Positions 23,704-34,956 of a stretch of DNA of 64,000 bases are shown here, piece by piece; positions within the stretch are counted from its first letter, which is position 1; each line of letters begins with the position of its first letter. The stretch is from assembly GCA_002269645.1 (NCBI GenBank), contig NIVC01002488.1, forward strand, positions 69,590 to 133,589, in the 5' to 3' direction. This DNA is from Macrostomum lignano. Taxonomy: Eukaryota. Position numbers and translations under genes: made by a program. The notes below the pieces were generated by a model. The model searched no databases and was not told where the DNA came from. It worked only from the letters and a program-made list of their open reading frames with translations.

Positions 23704-24700
23704 GAGAAAGGAGAGATGATAGAGTAAAGGGAAGAGGAGGAGAGAAAAAAGAGATGAGATGAGAGAGATGAGAGAGATGAAAGGAAAGATGAGAGATGAA
23801 GGAAGAGAGAGCAGAGTGCAGAGAGACGAGAGAAGAGAATAAAGGGGAGAGAGTATAGAAGAGGGAAGAGAAGAGAGGAGTAAGGAAAGAGAGGAGTCAG
23901 AAGAGGGGAAAGAGAAGAGTACACAGTAGAGAGGAGAGTAGAGATGACAGAAGAGAGAGGGAAATGAGAGAGCAAAGATGAGAGTGAACAGACGATATAA
24001 TTGAGAGGAGAGAGGAGAGTGGAGAGAGAAGAGAGAAGACAAGAGAGGGAGAGAGTATAGAAGAGAGAAGAGAAAAGATGAGAAGGAAGAAGAAAGGAAA
24101 GAGAGTCCTGAGTCAAAAAGGGGAAAGAGAGGAGTACAAGAAGAGAGAGGTGAGAGAACATATGAGAATAAAGATGACAGATGAGAGAGGGGAGATGAGA
24201 GAGCAGAAACCAGAGTGAACAGACAAGAGATGGGAGAGTAGAGAGAAGAGAGGAGAGATAAGAAATAAGAGATGAGATGTGGAGACAAGGGAGAGATGAG
24301 AAGTGAGTGAAGAGAGAGGAGGGGAAGGGAGAGAATTGAGAGGACAGGGGAAATTGGTGAAAAGGACGAGAGAGGAGAGGAAAGAGAGGAGAGATTAGTG
24401 AGAAGAGAGATAGGACAGGAGAGAGCATAGAGAAGAGAGGAGAGAGAGAAGAGAAATGAGAAAAGATAAGAGAGAGAGAGAAGATAAAAGAAGAGAAATG
24501 AGATATAAGAGAGCAAAGACGAGAGAGAAGGGAGGTGAGAGAAAAGAATAGAGGGAGAGGGAAGAGACGAGAGAAGAGGGGAAAGAGGAGAGAGGACAGA
24601 GAAGAGAAAAAAGAAGAGATAAGAGGAGAAAAAGAGGAGACGAGAGACGTGAGAAAAGATAGGAAACAGAAAAGAAGATGAAAGTTTTAAAGGATGCAAA
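23202..24700. repeat. GA-rich low-complexity tract including (GA)n at about 23635-23700, starting with a hAT-like terminus
   Basis: Purine-rich degenerate repeats. 23202-23266 is about 70% similar to the reverse complement of 5551-5617. The overlapping S/L-rich ORFs are artefacts. Confidence 0.85.
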
Positions 24701-27700
24701 GTACATAGGGAGAGGCAGAGGTAGAGGCCAGAGTTTGCCTGACATTCTGCGCAGCACCCTAGCCAACAATATCAATGTTTGCTTCAAATCCTAATTTTAC
24801 ACGAATCTATACTCTATTTTATGTTTAACTCCATCCTAACTATTAACAAGTTTTTGTTTGAGTTTGACCTCAGATTTTAGATTACATGCAAAAATAATTC
24901 TGGGGAATGGAGTTCCCCGGTTCAAAATCCGCGGGTTTCAACAGCTTGTAATGTAATATAATTAACTTAAATATAATATCAGTGTCAGCTAACGATGAAA
25001 CACTTTCTTTCTTCCTCCGCCCACATCAATATATCTCCGTGTCCCCCGTAGCCACGCTACTGCATTACATCCAGAGGTCCGCGTTCTAACCGCATTATTC
25101 ACAGTAGGTAGAAAAAAATACATATTTAATACTGTAAGAACTAAGAACAGTACTAACGTATTGTATGGTAAGAGAAGTCTTTATTGTAACCTTTGTGCAT
25201 GAGAATTTTTCCACTGAAATGCTAGGCCTATCTAGCCTATCTTCCTGGCTGTATGCCTGTATCATATTCATATGGTCTAGTCTGACTAAATCAGTATTGT
25301 ATGGCTACTGTAATGTATGCTAATGCTAGATTTGATTTAGGAAAAACTCACTTCATGTATTACTAATTCTTTTTTAATTACTTAGGCCTAGGGCCCTAGG
25401 CTATACTATTACTAGACACATTCCATAGTCATCATAAGCTGTCTTATTGAATTATGGTTACTTTGGTGCCAAATGTGTATAGTATAGAGCATTGCTGCCA
25501 AAAATAGGGAGTCTAGTGAGATGTTAATTTTTTTAATTTGTCTCTTTTTTGATACCATGGCATGTGATAGACATTTATTGTATAAGTAAAATGAAACCTT
25601 AGTTTTGAATTTTGGTCAAGTAATAAAAAAGTTTGAACACTTTTAATGTCATATTTTTTTTAATTTCTATAGCCATGTGACGTTGATGGTTTCTTTTGTC
25701 TTGCCAGTTTGTCAGTTGGTAGCTCGTATCAGCTGGGAATATTTAATGTGTAATCTGGTTATTTCAATGAGTTGTATTTTTATGTTTGCTGACAATGGTT
25801 GGGACTTTGTTTTACTGGGTTGGCAATACTTTATTTAACATTTGAATTCTGTGGCTTTGGAGAAGAGGGATCTAGGGTTCGTGCTTGTCTGTTAAAACTA
25901 CCGCTTGCAAGTTCATTTTTTCAATCATTATTAAAGAATGCTTCCCGCTAGATCTTAAACTGCATTCAGTCTAAGTACCGTGTTCTCCCACAAGATCATA
26001 TCTTCCAAAGCCACCCCACCTGATCCGTTACTTTGCTATCAGTTGCAAGCGAATATTATACTTCTTCCAACCGTGTTTGAGAGAAAAAATACAAATAATC
26101 CAATAATCGGCCAGTTGTCATCAATCAATCAAGGTTCTACGTGTTTGTCGCTAATTTGAATACATGTAGCAGCCCGTCAGCACGTGAACTCTTACATCAG
26201 ATCAGATATATTTGTCACAGCCATAGGCCTAATGGCTAATGCAATTTCCTATAAGGCACTATGAACATTTTTTCCTTAAGAGGTCTGATTTTTCAAGTTA
26301 TAGGCCTAAAGGATATAACTTTTGAACTAGGCCCCTATTCAGGGGATTTTCATTCCTAATAGTAATGTCAATAGTAAGAGGCCTAGTGTGTGGATCATGT
26401 ACCTGTGTATGCTGGAAAAAATTTGGGTGTCAAGGACTTTGTATGCCAGTGAATGCCAAAAAACAAAAAGTTGCACTAATGTACACCAAAAAATTTTAAA
26501 AAAGGTCATCCGGTTTTTACAAATAGAGTTTTCTAAGAAAGGCTTTTGTATGAAAAGTGTTTTTAAAATATTACAAATATTTTTAAATTAAACAAACTTA
26601 AATTATAACTACAAAAAATATGATGCAAAATTAATACTCTTAGCAAAAATTTACACTAATTTTATTTATTATTAATTTAAAAGAAGCAAAAAGTTTATCA
26701 CTGACAATATAAATTTTCCTTTACTTTTGAGGTGGGGGCGATTTAGACTTGGTTGTGGTCGGGATTGTCTGGTGTTCACTTGATTTAATGTCAAATTTGA
26801 ATGGCTCAGGCCTCTGAATAGGCGCCATTGTTATTTCGCACAAATTAAATCCAGAAAATTTGCGTGGGCAAATCCGATAGAAACAACTCGTAGATACTCC
26901 GTCTGCTGGGGTCCTCAATCCCGGGGGGAAGGTAGTTTTGGTCGTAGGCAAGCGGTCTTCGTTTGGCGCGAGCGTTCAAATGGGGGTCCTTAGACACTGT
27001 AAATTTAATGTGTCTCGTATTCTTGTTGTGTTACTAACAGTAGAGTAGCGCTGCCACCACCGTAATTTGCATATTACGGAACGTTGAAAAGTCTCAGAGC
27101 TTGCTTCAAGGTGAGACTGGGTTATTTTATGCCCCACGGGCAAATGACTTAAGTTAATCTATGGCTTTTAATCGAAGAACGGATTGTAGTAAATTAATGC
27201 GAGTTTATTGCTTAACGAGTTATTACAAAAGACAGCTAAAATATTATACTATGTCTCACGCGTGTAAATTAAGAGACAACTGACGACAGATGATCAGGGG
27301 TGCCGCAGTGCGGACCTTCGCTTAAAGAAAAGTTAAACTAAATTAGTTTTTGGTCAGGCAGTAGTTAGTTGAGTTATCTTAAAGTTATTAAACTAGTAAA
27401 AAGGAAATCCCTGAAGGAAGTTATAGAGGGACGTCACAGACGGAGACAGGGAGGCAAAGGCGAAGGGGGAAAAGAAGAAGACGAAGAAGAAGACGAACAA
27501 ACAAAACGAAACGAAAATGCAACGCATGAGGAGAGGGCAGGCGCAAGGGGTGGGAATAAATACCCGGAGACAGGACACAAAAAGGCTGGCAAGGCCCAGA
27601 AACTGGGGAGGGGTGAAAACTCAAAAGGCCAAAAAAGGATTCAACAAAATTACCCCAGAAATACATAGTAAAACAAAAGAAAAACACAATTTGGTCATAT

Positions 27701-29103
27701 AGCGCCAGAAAATGGGGCAAGGGGGAACAGAAAGGGGGCAAAATTACGTCATGACTTGCACCAGGGAGTAGACTAACGGGGACCAGAATAGGGTACGCAT
27801 AATTTTATCGTCCAGAAACTGTAATGTTATTAAAATCAATAAAATAATTAAAATCAATCAAATAATCAATTGGTGGTACCCAACTACCACATGCTTTATT
27901 TTATAAATTTAGTACACAATAGATTTTGACCAAGTTTAACTTGTTTCATACTTGGTTGCACAATTTAAACAGTCAGACACTTATCAGAAAGCAGAATTTA
28001 TCAGCTTTTTGGTTTATATTATGGCTTTGTTATATTATTTATTATTTTTATTTTGTTCACTTTTTAAGTTGATACCTTTTTTATTTTTCCCACATTGTAT
28101 ATAGCTCACAAGACTTGCTACCAAGAATTCAGAGTAAAATAAAAAGCCTTAGTCTATGCTAGTGTGTTGCTGCTTCCTAAGTTCTTGAAGATGTTCCTAG
28201 AAATATAACTCGCTGCTCCGGAAGTAGCTAGATAGTATTGTAGTACTACTTATCGATTTGCCTAAAAAGGAACCTAAAATGTTAGCCTTAGACTTGGTAG
28301 GGTTGCTGCCACCTTGGTAGGTGGACTTGACGTGTTGGCAGAGTTATCTATCCATCATCTGAAATAAAATAATGAAGTCATTCGGAGCAAGGCAAATCTG
28401 AAAAATGTCTTGACAGTTGATCATTCCTGAAGGTGCTGCTCAATCCTGAAATGAGAGAGGAGAGCTTGGAGGCAAAGAGGCAGCTCCAGTTGAGCCCAGG
28501 CAAGACAACGCAATCAAACAAGGTGCGGCAGCCCGGGGGCACAGTCTGGAGAAAAACAGCTCTCAGGTGCTCCATATTTATAGGTGAATGTGTGAAACTT
28601 CCTTATTTGGTCATCATAATGTAACCCTATTACTCAGCAGTGGCGTGACTCAAGGTCAGCAGCCACGCTTAACATGCGTACACAGTCACATGCTTATATT
28701 GTGCTAAAAATAGAACTTGGGTGGATGACTCATCCTGTTTACTCCTAGGCAACCACTATACCCCGCGTAGTTGATGAGTCATCCTGCTATGCCTCTTCAG
28801 CACAAGTGGGAAGACATTATGTGTGGCTGTCCACACCTGCTCAGGCAATGTCATTGGGCAGTAAACACTTCAGCCCAACTCTCTCTCTAGATCAGGTGGA
28901 TTGAGACTCTGTGCAGTGGATCACAGAGCTCTTAGGGAAAGCTAGTGAATGCTGCTGAATAGCCAGTTAGCAGCCAGTCACTACACTCTCCCTGTCCAAA
29001 TTAAATTGTGCAGCAACAACAATAATTCAATTTATTTAAAACTCTTCGTGGTAATAATTTTAGTCTGATTCAGCAAAAAAATTAAACAAACAAACAGGCA
29101 ACT

Positions 29104-29369
29104 TGTGGCGGACAAGTGCAAGCACACCTGAAGACGGCCGTTTAGATGCCCTCGCGCTCCCTGCTCATCACGCCGCGTCTATGCGCCACCAACCCGGAGA
29201 TTAGGGGTGGGGGTTCGCCCACCCAGCCTGAGCTACGTGGGGGTTGGGGTTGACTGACTAACTAGCGCGTTGGCCTATTTAACCTGATTGTGCGCAGACG
29301 CTTGTAAGAACCTTTTGCTCTCCGCAAATACAATTTCAAGTCTGCACGCAGTAGCTACTGCCCGCTTCA
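29104..29369 (+). repeat. 5' LTR (266 bp)
   Basis: Direct repeat of 33195-33461. Starts TGTGG, ends TTCA. Confidence 0.97.
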
Positions 29370-29370
29370 T

Positions 29371-29383
29371 TGGTGAGCCCGAC
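29371..29383 (+). other. Primer-binding site, tRNA-Trp-like
   Basis: TGGTGAGCCCGAC, 1 nt after the LTR. Matches 12/13 of TGGTGACCCCGAC, the complement of the vertebrate tRNA-Trp 3' end as recalled. Confidence 0.7.
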
Positions 29384-29405
29384 AACCCGCCATTTCGTCT
29401 AACAC

Positions 29406-30110
29406 ATGGCGCCACCCACTGAGTCAACTGTTGCACTCAAGCTGCCCACGTTTTGGGCCATGCAGCCACGCGCGTGGTTCATCCAGGCAGAGGCCCAGTT
29501 CCAGCTGCGCGGCATCACCCAGGACGACACCAAGTATCACCACTTGGTCGCCTCGCTTGATCAACAAACCGCCGAGCGCCTGCTGGACGTTCTGGAAAGC
29601 CCTCCGAGCGAGGACAAATACGGCAAACTGAAAGGGCGCCTGCTCGGCACTTTCAGTCTCACCCGGCAGCAGCGAGCTAGCCGTTTGCTCAGCATGTCCG
29701 GCCTGGGAGATCGCCGGCCGTCCGAGATGATGGACGAGATGCTGGCCCTGCTTGGTGATCACCGGCCTTGCCTGCTCTTTGAGGAGCTGTTCCGCCAGCA
29801 GCTGCCCGTGGACATCCGGATGGCGCTCGCATCCGCCGACTTCGAAGACCCCCGGACAGTCGCGCAGCTCGCCGACCAGCTCTGGGCCAGCCGTCCCCAG
29901 CCAGTGGCCGCTTCCGCCCAGTTGGCAGGTCCGCCGGAGGTTTGCGCTGCGCGTCAGGCTGCGCGTCCCCGCACCACGTCGCCCCGGCCTGTGCACCGCG
30001 GCACCCGCGCCCAGGAGCTGTGCTACTTCCACCGCAAGTTCGGCGCGAAGGCTAGGCAATGCGAGCAGCCCTGCAGCTTTCCGGGAAACGGGCCGGCCGG
30101 CCGCCAGTGA
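29406..30110 (+). CDS. gag: Gag (234 aa) with a CHCC zinc motif
   Basis: LKLPTFW...[11 protein letters not shown]-terminus and C-x2-H-x9-C-x3-C ([18 protein letters not shown]), typical of the CsRn1 lineage. Confidence 0.93.
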   Translation: MAPPTESTVALKLPTFWAMQPRAWFIQAEAQFQLRGITQDDTKYHHLVASLDQQTAERLLDVLESPPSEDKYGKLKGRLLGTFSLTRQQRASRLLSMSGLGDRRPSEMMDEMLALLGDHRPCLLFEELFRQQLPVDIRMALASADFEDPRTVAQLADQLWASRPQPVAASAQLAGPPEVCAARQAARPRTTSPRPVHRGTRAQELCYFHRKFGAKARQCEQPCSFPGNGPAGRQ

Positions 30111-33100
30111 CCATCGCGGCGGCCGGCAACCTGCTGCTCATCCCCGACGTCCCATCCGGCCGGCGGTTCCTGGTGGACACAGGCGCCGAGGTAAGCATTT
30201 TCCCAGCCTCTGCAGATGATGCCCGCGCCCGTTCACCTGGCCCGCCGCTGTTCGCCGCGAACGGCACCCGCATCCGAACCTTCGGCGGCCGCAGCATCAC
30301 ACTGGACGTCGGCCTGAAGACCTGCACCTGGCCATTCGTGTTGGCTGAGGTCTCCCGGCCGTTGATCGGCGCCGACTTCCTGCGCCACCACGGCCTGCTG
30401 GTGGACCTGCCCAACCGCCGCCTTCTGGACGCCGCCTCCCTGGCCAGTGTGCAATTGCTGGCTGGCTCCGGTTCTGCGCCTCAGCTCGCCGCCGCGGTTG
30501 CCAGGGACCCGTACAGCCGGTTGCTGGCGGAGTTCCCCAGCATCACGGAGCCCAGTTTCAGCAAAGCCACGCCGCGGCACGGCGTGGAGCACTACATCCC
30601 GACGACGGGCCCGCCGGTGCACGCTAGAGCGCGCCGCCTGCCGCCCGACAAGCTGGCCGCGGCCAAGGAAGAGTTTCGCAACCTGGAGCAGCTCGGCATT
30701 GTGCGGCGGTCCAGCAGCCCCTGGTCCTCGCCGCTGCACATGGTGCCCAAGACTTCCGGCGGTTGGCGGCCCTGCGGCGATTTCCGGCGGCTCAATGACG
30801 CCACGGTGCCCGACCGCTACCCCGTGCCGCATATCCAGGATTTCTCAGCGCGCCTGAGCGGCTGCACAGTGTTCTCGAAGATCGACCTGGTGCGGGGCTA
30901 CCACCAGATCCCGGTCGCGCAAACGGACATCCCGAAGACCGCCGTCATTACACCGTTTGGGTTGTTTGAGTTCCTCCGCATGCCGTTCGGGTTGAAAAAT
31001 GCGGCACAGGCCTTCCAGCGGTTAGTAGATTCTATCTGCCAGGACCTGCCGGCCGTCTTCGCGTACATCGACGATTTCCTGGTCGCCAGCAGCAGCCCCG
31101 AGCAGCACGAGGAGCACCTGCGGAAGCTGTTCCAGCGCCTCGCCGACAACGGCCTGTTGCTCAACCCAGCCAAGTGCCAGTTTGGCCGCAGCGAGATCGA
31201 TTTCCTCGGCCACAGGATCAGCGCTGCGGGCGCCATGCCGCTGCCGGACAAGGTCGACGCAGTCGCCAGGTTCGCGCCGCCCACGACGGTGAAGGGTCTC
31301 CAGGAGTTTGCCGGCATGGTGAACTTCTATCACCGCTTCGTGCCCCGCGCAGCCCGGTTGCTGCGCCCGATCTACCAGGCCATGGCCGGCAAGGAGAAGC
31401 TGGTGCGGTGGACGCCGGAGCTGACCGAGGCCTTCGACAAGACCAAGCAGGCGCTGGCCGACGCGACCATGCTGGCGCACCCCAGGCCCGACGCGCCGCT
31501 GGCCCTCACCGTAGATGCTTCTGACACCGCCGTGGGCGCCGTCCTCGAGCAGCGTGTCGGCCCCGCCTGGCAGCCGCTCGCATTCTTCAGCCGGCAGTTG
31601 CGACCTGCGGAGGTAAAGTACAGTGCCTTCGACCGCGAGCTCCTGGCACTGTACCTAGCGGTCCGCCACTTCCGTTACCTCCTTGAGGGGCGCCACTTCA
31701 CAGCCTACACGGACCACAAGCCGTTGGCCGCCGCCATGGCCAAGCTGTCCGACCCGTGGTCCGCTCGGCAGCAGCGGCACCTGGCGTACGTGAGCGAATT
31801 CACCACGGACGTCCAGCACATCGCCGGCAAGAACAATCCGGTGGCCGACGCGCTGTCCCGCTGCACCGTGGCCAGCGTGCTACCCGGCATCGATTTTGCA
31901 GCGATGTCGCAGGCCCAGCATGCCCCGACCGAGTTGCCGCCGCCCGGCTCCGGCCTCCGACTGGAGCGCGTGACCCTCCGCCCAGGCCTGGAGCTGCTCT
32001 GCGACGTCTCCACCGGCCATCCCCGCCCGCTGGTGCCGCCCGAATTTCGACGGCCGGTGTTCGACGCCATCCACGGCCTTGCGCACCCATCAATCCGCAG
32101 CTCCCGCCGCCTCGTTGCAGACCGTTTCGTCTGGCCCGGCCTCAACCGCGACGTCGGCCGTTGGGCTCGCAGCTGCCTCGCCTGCCAGACGACTAAGGTC
32201 CAGCAGCATGTTGTCAGCCCGCCAGACAGCATCCCGGTGCCCCGCGACCGCTTCGCGCACGTGCACATCGACCTGGTGGGCCCGCTTCCGCACTCTCAAG
32301 GGTGCTCGCACCTGCTGACCGTTGTCGACCGGTTCACGCGTTGGCCGGAAGCAATTCCGCTGGCAGACACGTCCGCCGCTACCTGTGCGGCCGCATTCAT
32401 CGCGCACTGGATTGCCCGTTTCGGTGTGCCAAGCGACCTCACGTCAGACCGCGGCCCGCAGTTCACCTCGGAGCTGTGGTCCAACGTGTCCCGCTTGCTT
32501 GGCACGCAGCTGCACCAGACGACGGCCTTCCACCCACAGGCCAACGGGCTTGTGGAGCGGTTCCACCGGCAGCTCAAGGCTTCCCTGATGGCGCGGCTGA
32601 CGGGCCGTCCTGGACTGCCGAGCTGCCCTGGGTGTTGCTCGGCATCCGCACCGCTCCCAAGGAGGATCTCGGCACGTCATCGGCGGAGTTGGTGTACGGA
32701 GTCCCACTGGCGGTGCCGGGCGAGTGTCTGCAGACCAGCTCGCCTACGGGCCATGACGGGTTCCTCGCGCGCCTGCGCCAGGCCGTGCAGGCTTTCCGCC
32801 CGCCACCGACCTCCCAGCATGGCCGCCGCCCCACCGCCTTGCCTGCTGTCTTGGACACCTGCACGCACGTCTTCGTCCGCCGCGGCGGGCACCGACCGGC
32901 GCTGCAACCGCCTTATCTAGGTCCCTTCAAGGTGCTGGAGCGCGGCGCTAAGGCTTTCCTCCTCGACCTCGTCACTAGGCGGGACTTCGTGTCGGTGGAC
33001 CGGCTCAAGCCAGCGGCGCTTGACCCTGCGAGCCCGGTTTCGACGCCTCAAATTCGGCCAAGGGGGCGCCCACCGCGTGAGCCCACCGTCCCGGGCGCCG

Positions 33101-33222
33101 CGACGGCCGAACCGCTGCGCCGCCGCCCGCCGCGGCGCCGCCAGCCACGCCGCCGTTGCCGTCGAGTACCGGAGGCCACCGCTGGGGGGAGCCGTGTGGC
33201 GGACAAGTGCAAGCACACCTGA
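30059..33222 (+). CDS. pol: Pol polyprotein (PR-RT-RNaseH-IN) with a single 1-nt frameshift near 32602
   Basis: LVDTGA protease, YIDD RT, DASD...TDHKPL RNase H, and an integrase with H..H..C..C and HIDLVG/SDRG. The IN C-terminus ([14 protein letters not shown]...GPFKV) continues in track ORF 32302-33222. Confidence 0.93.
30083..30127 (+). promoter_or_regulatory. -1 programmed ribosomal frameshift signal
   Basis: Slippery G GGA AAC at 30083-30089 in the gag phase, a 6-nt spacer, and a perfect 10-bp GC stem (30096-30105 with 30118-30127). pol is in the -1 frame. Confidence 0.85.
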
Positions 33223-33461
33223 AGACGGCCGTTTAGATGCCCTCGCGCTCCCTGCTCATCACGCCGCGTCTATGCGCCACCAACCCCGGAGATTAGGGGT
33301 GGGGGTTCGCCCACCCAGCCTGAGCTACGTGGGGGTTGGGGTTGACTGACTAACTAGCGCGTTGGCCTATTTAACCTGATTGTGCGCAGACGCTTGTAAG
33401 AACCTTTTGCTCTCCGCAAATACAATTTCAAGTCTGCACGCAGTAGCTACTGCCCGCTTCA
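33195..33461 (+). repeat. 3' LTR (267 bp), preceded by a polypurine tract at 33184-33191
   Basis: Direct repeat of the 5' LTR, followed by the AACT TSD. Confidence 0.97.
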
Positions 33462-33619
33462 AACTTGTATTTTATAATATTATAAAGTTTCAGAAAGTTT
33501 GGAGTTGATGGTTAATAGTAATAAGCGATTGTACACTAGATAGTCATGGAATACGATTTTCGAGTTACAGCTACCAATCACTGTCACTGTCGCTTCTATC
33601 GCTGGATGCGTCCACAGAT

Positions 33620-33935
33620 TGATTGCTGGCTCATGCATTTGCCATTTACGGAGATGCATTTTTGGTAGTGCTCAATCAGCTTGTCGAAGCCAGACTCCCA
33701 GAAGCTGGCATCGAACCAACGCAGAGACTTGTTGGCTGCTTCAATGACCTCCTTGCACGTTGTGAAGATCTCGCCACACATTGGCATCTTCATTGGGCCA
33801 AAGAACACCAAAAGCAAGATGCACCTCATCAAAGGTCTGTGTCGCTGTTTTGCCCTCTCGTTGGCATTCCATGATAAAGTGGCGCTGGCTTTCCTTAGAC
33901 CCGAACTCCGATGGATTCTTCGGTCGACTCATTTT
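33620..33935 (-). mobile_element. Internally deleted mariner transposase relic
   Basis: HTH-like N-terminus (RHFIMECQREGKTATQTFDEVHLAFG) directly abuts the mariner-type C-terminus (FFGPMK...GEIF...EVIEA...FWESGFDKLIEHYQKCISVNG). The catalytic core is missing. Confidence 0.7.
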
Positions 33936-34189
33936 CGCTCACTTTTGGTTTGTGAAAAATCGTGTCAACAGCTTCAAAGGGTTGCAACCTATTTTGTTCC
34001 CTTTTGTCTATGGTTTCCGGCATTCATACTTGCGGTAACAATTTAATTGTTTGTCGGCTTTTTTCGATTGTTGCCGGATTTCAGACGAATGTATTTGGCT
34101 ATCAAAACAAGGAACAACAATAGCAACACGGCGAAATTGTTTCATAGTCACAAAAAGTTCTTAAGAACAAACCGATCGAATCAATTGTT

Positions 34190-34534
34190 TTACTTTCCGT
34201 AAAAGTTGAATGTGCAGTTGTGGAACTGACCACCACAGAGGCTTCTCGGCAGGTCTTGGCCGCCCTCGGGTGCTTTCATCAGCTCGCCTCTATCAGACCC
34301 AGTTGTCACACTTTCGATGGTGGATTCCGCATCGTCGTCAATCTTGGTGACTTTGGACCCATAGGCAGCCAGACAAGCGCTCATTCGGGCCACACAGTCC
34401 ATGTCTCGCCGCTTGTATACATCCACTGAGCTCGAATTCTTGTGTCCCGTCATTAGTGTAATCGCTTGATTATCGAAACCGGCCTTGGCCAAACTCTCGG
34501 GTGACAAAAGCCAACTCGTCCGTGGAGAGTCCAC
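34190..34534 (-). pseudogene. Tyrosine-recombinase C-terminal fragment, Crypton/DUF3504-like
   Basis: AGFDNQAITLMTGHKNSSSVDVYKR (GH...Y box) and a terminal GGQFHNCTFNF motif. The HxxR box is degenerate (DSPR). Confidence 0.6.
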
Positions 34535-34867
34535 ATATTTCTCCGCCAGGAATGTTTGCGTAGCGAATCATAGCTACTTTTCCTATTTGCACTCCGAATA
34601 GGAGAATTAATTCAAGCTCAAAATCAACTTGAGAATTAACTCATGGCAGCCAGGCTAGCTGTCTTCACTGTCCTTTAAATTTGCCATAAACGATTAATTA
34701 TCTCTACAACCCTTTCATTTAGAGAGCAACTAAATTTGCCATAGACGATTGATTATCTCTACAACCCTTTCAAAGCGCATTCCGGCAACAATCGCATTTC
34801 ATACTCAGCATCCGCACTATGTCTGGGCCATAGACAAGGGAAGTCAAAAGGGTACAATAATGACATG

Positions 34868-34956
34868 TACCGATTTTTTTCGGCAGCAATTGCGTAAGCT
34901 GAAGCCGCGTAGCGGCTGAAGCTTAGTAGAGCAATTGCTGCCGAAAAAAATCGGTA
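34868..34956. repeat. 89-bp fold-back palindrome
   Basis: Perfect 26-bp arms (34868-34893 and 34931-34956), with inner stems TAAGCT/AGCTTA and AGCCGC-GTA-GCGGCT. Confidence 0.9.

Larger units (their letters stand above)
29104..33461 (+). mobile_element. Full-length young Ty3/Gypsy LTR retrotransposon, CsRn1-like
   Basis: TG...CA LTRs at 29104-29369 and 33195-33461 differ by one C in a homopolymer. 4-bp TSD AACT, PBS, PPT, gag and pol (PR-RT-RH-IN) are all present. Confidence 0.97.

Noticed and set aside
23166-24787. 467-aa and other S/L-rich ORFs
   Set aside because: Translations of a GA/CT low-complexity tract that lacks stop codons on one strand.
19828-25062. Possible 5.2-kb DNA transposon bounded by CAGTGGCGTAGCTA and TAGCCACGCTACTG
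   Set aside because: The inverted match is imperfect, there is no target-site duplication (AGATCTGC vs CATTACAT), and there is no transposase inside.
30233-33349. Overlapping antisense ORFs inside the Gypsy element
   Set aside because: Expected from very high GC content; no domain motifs.
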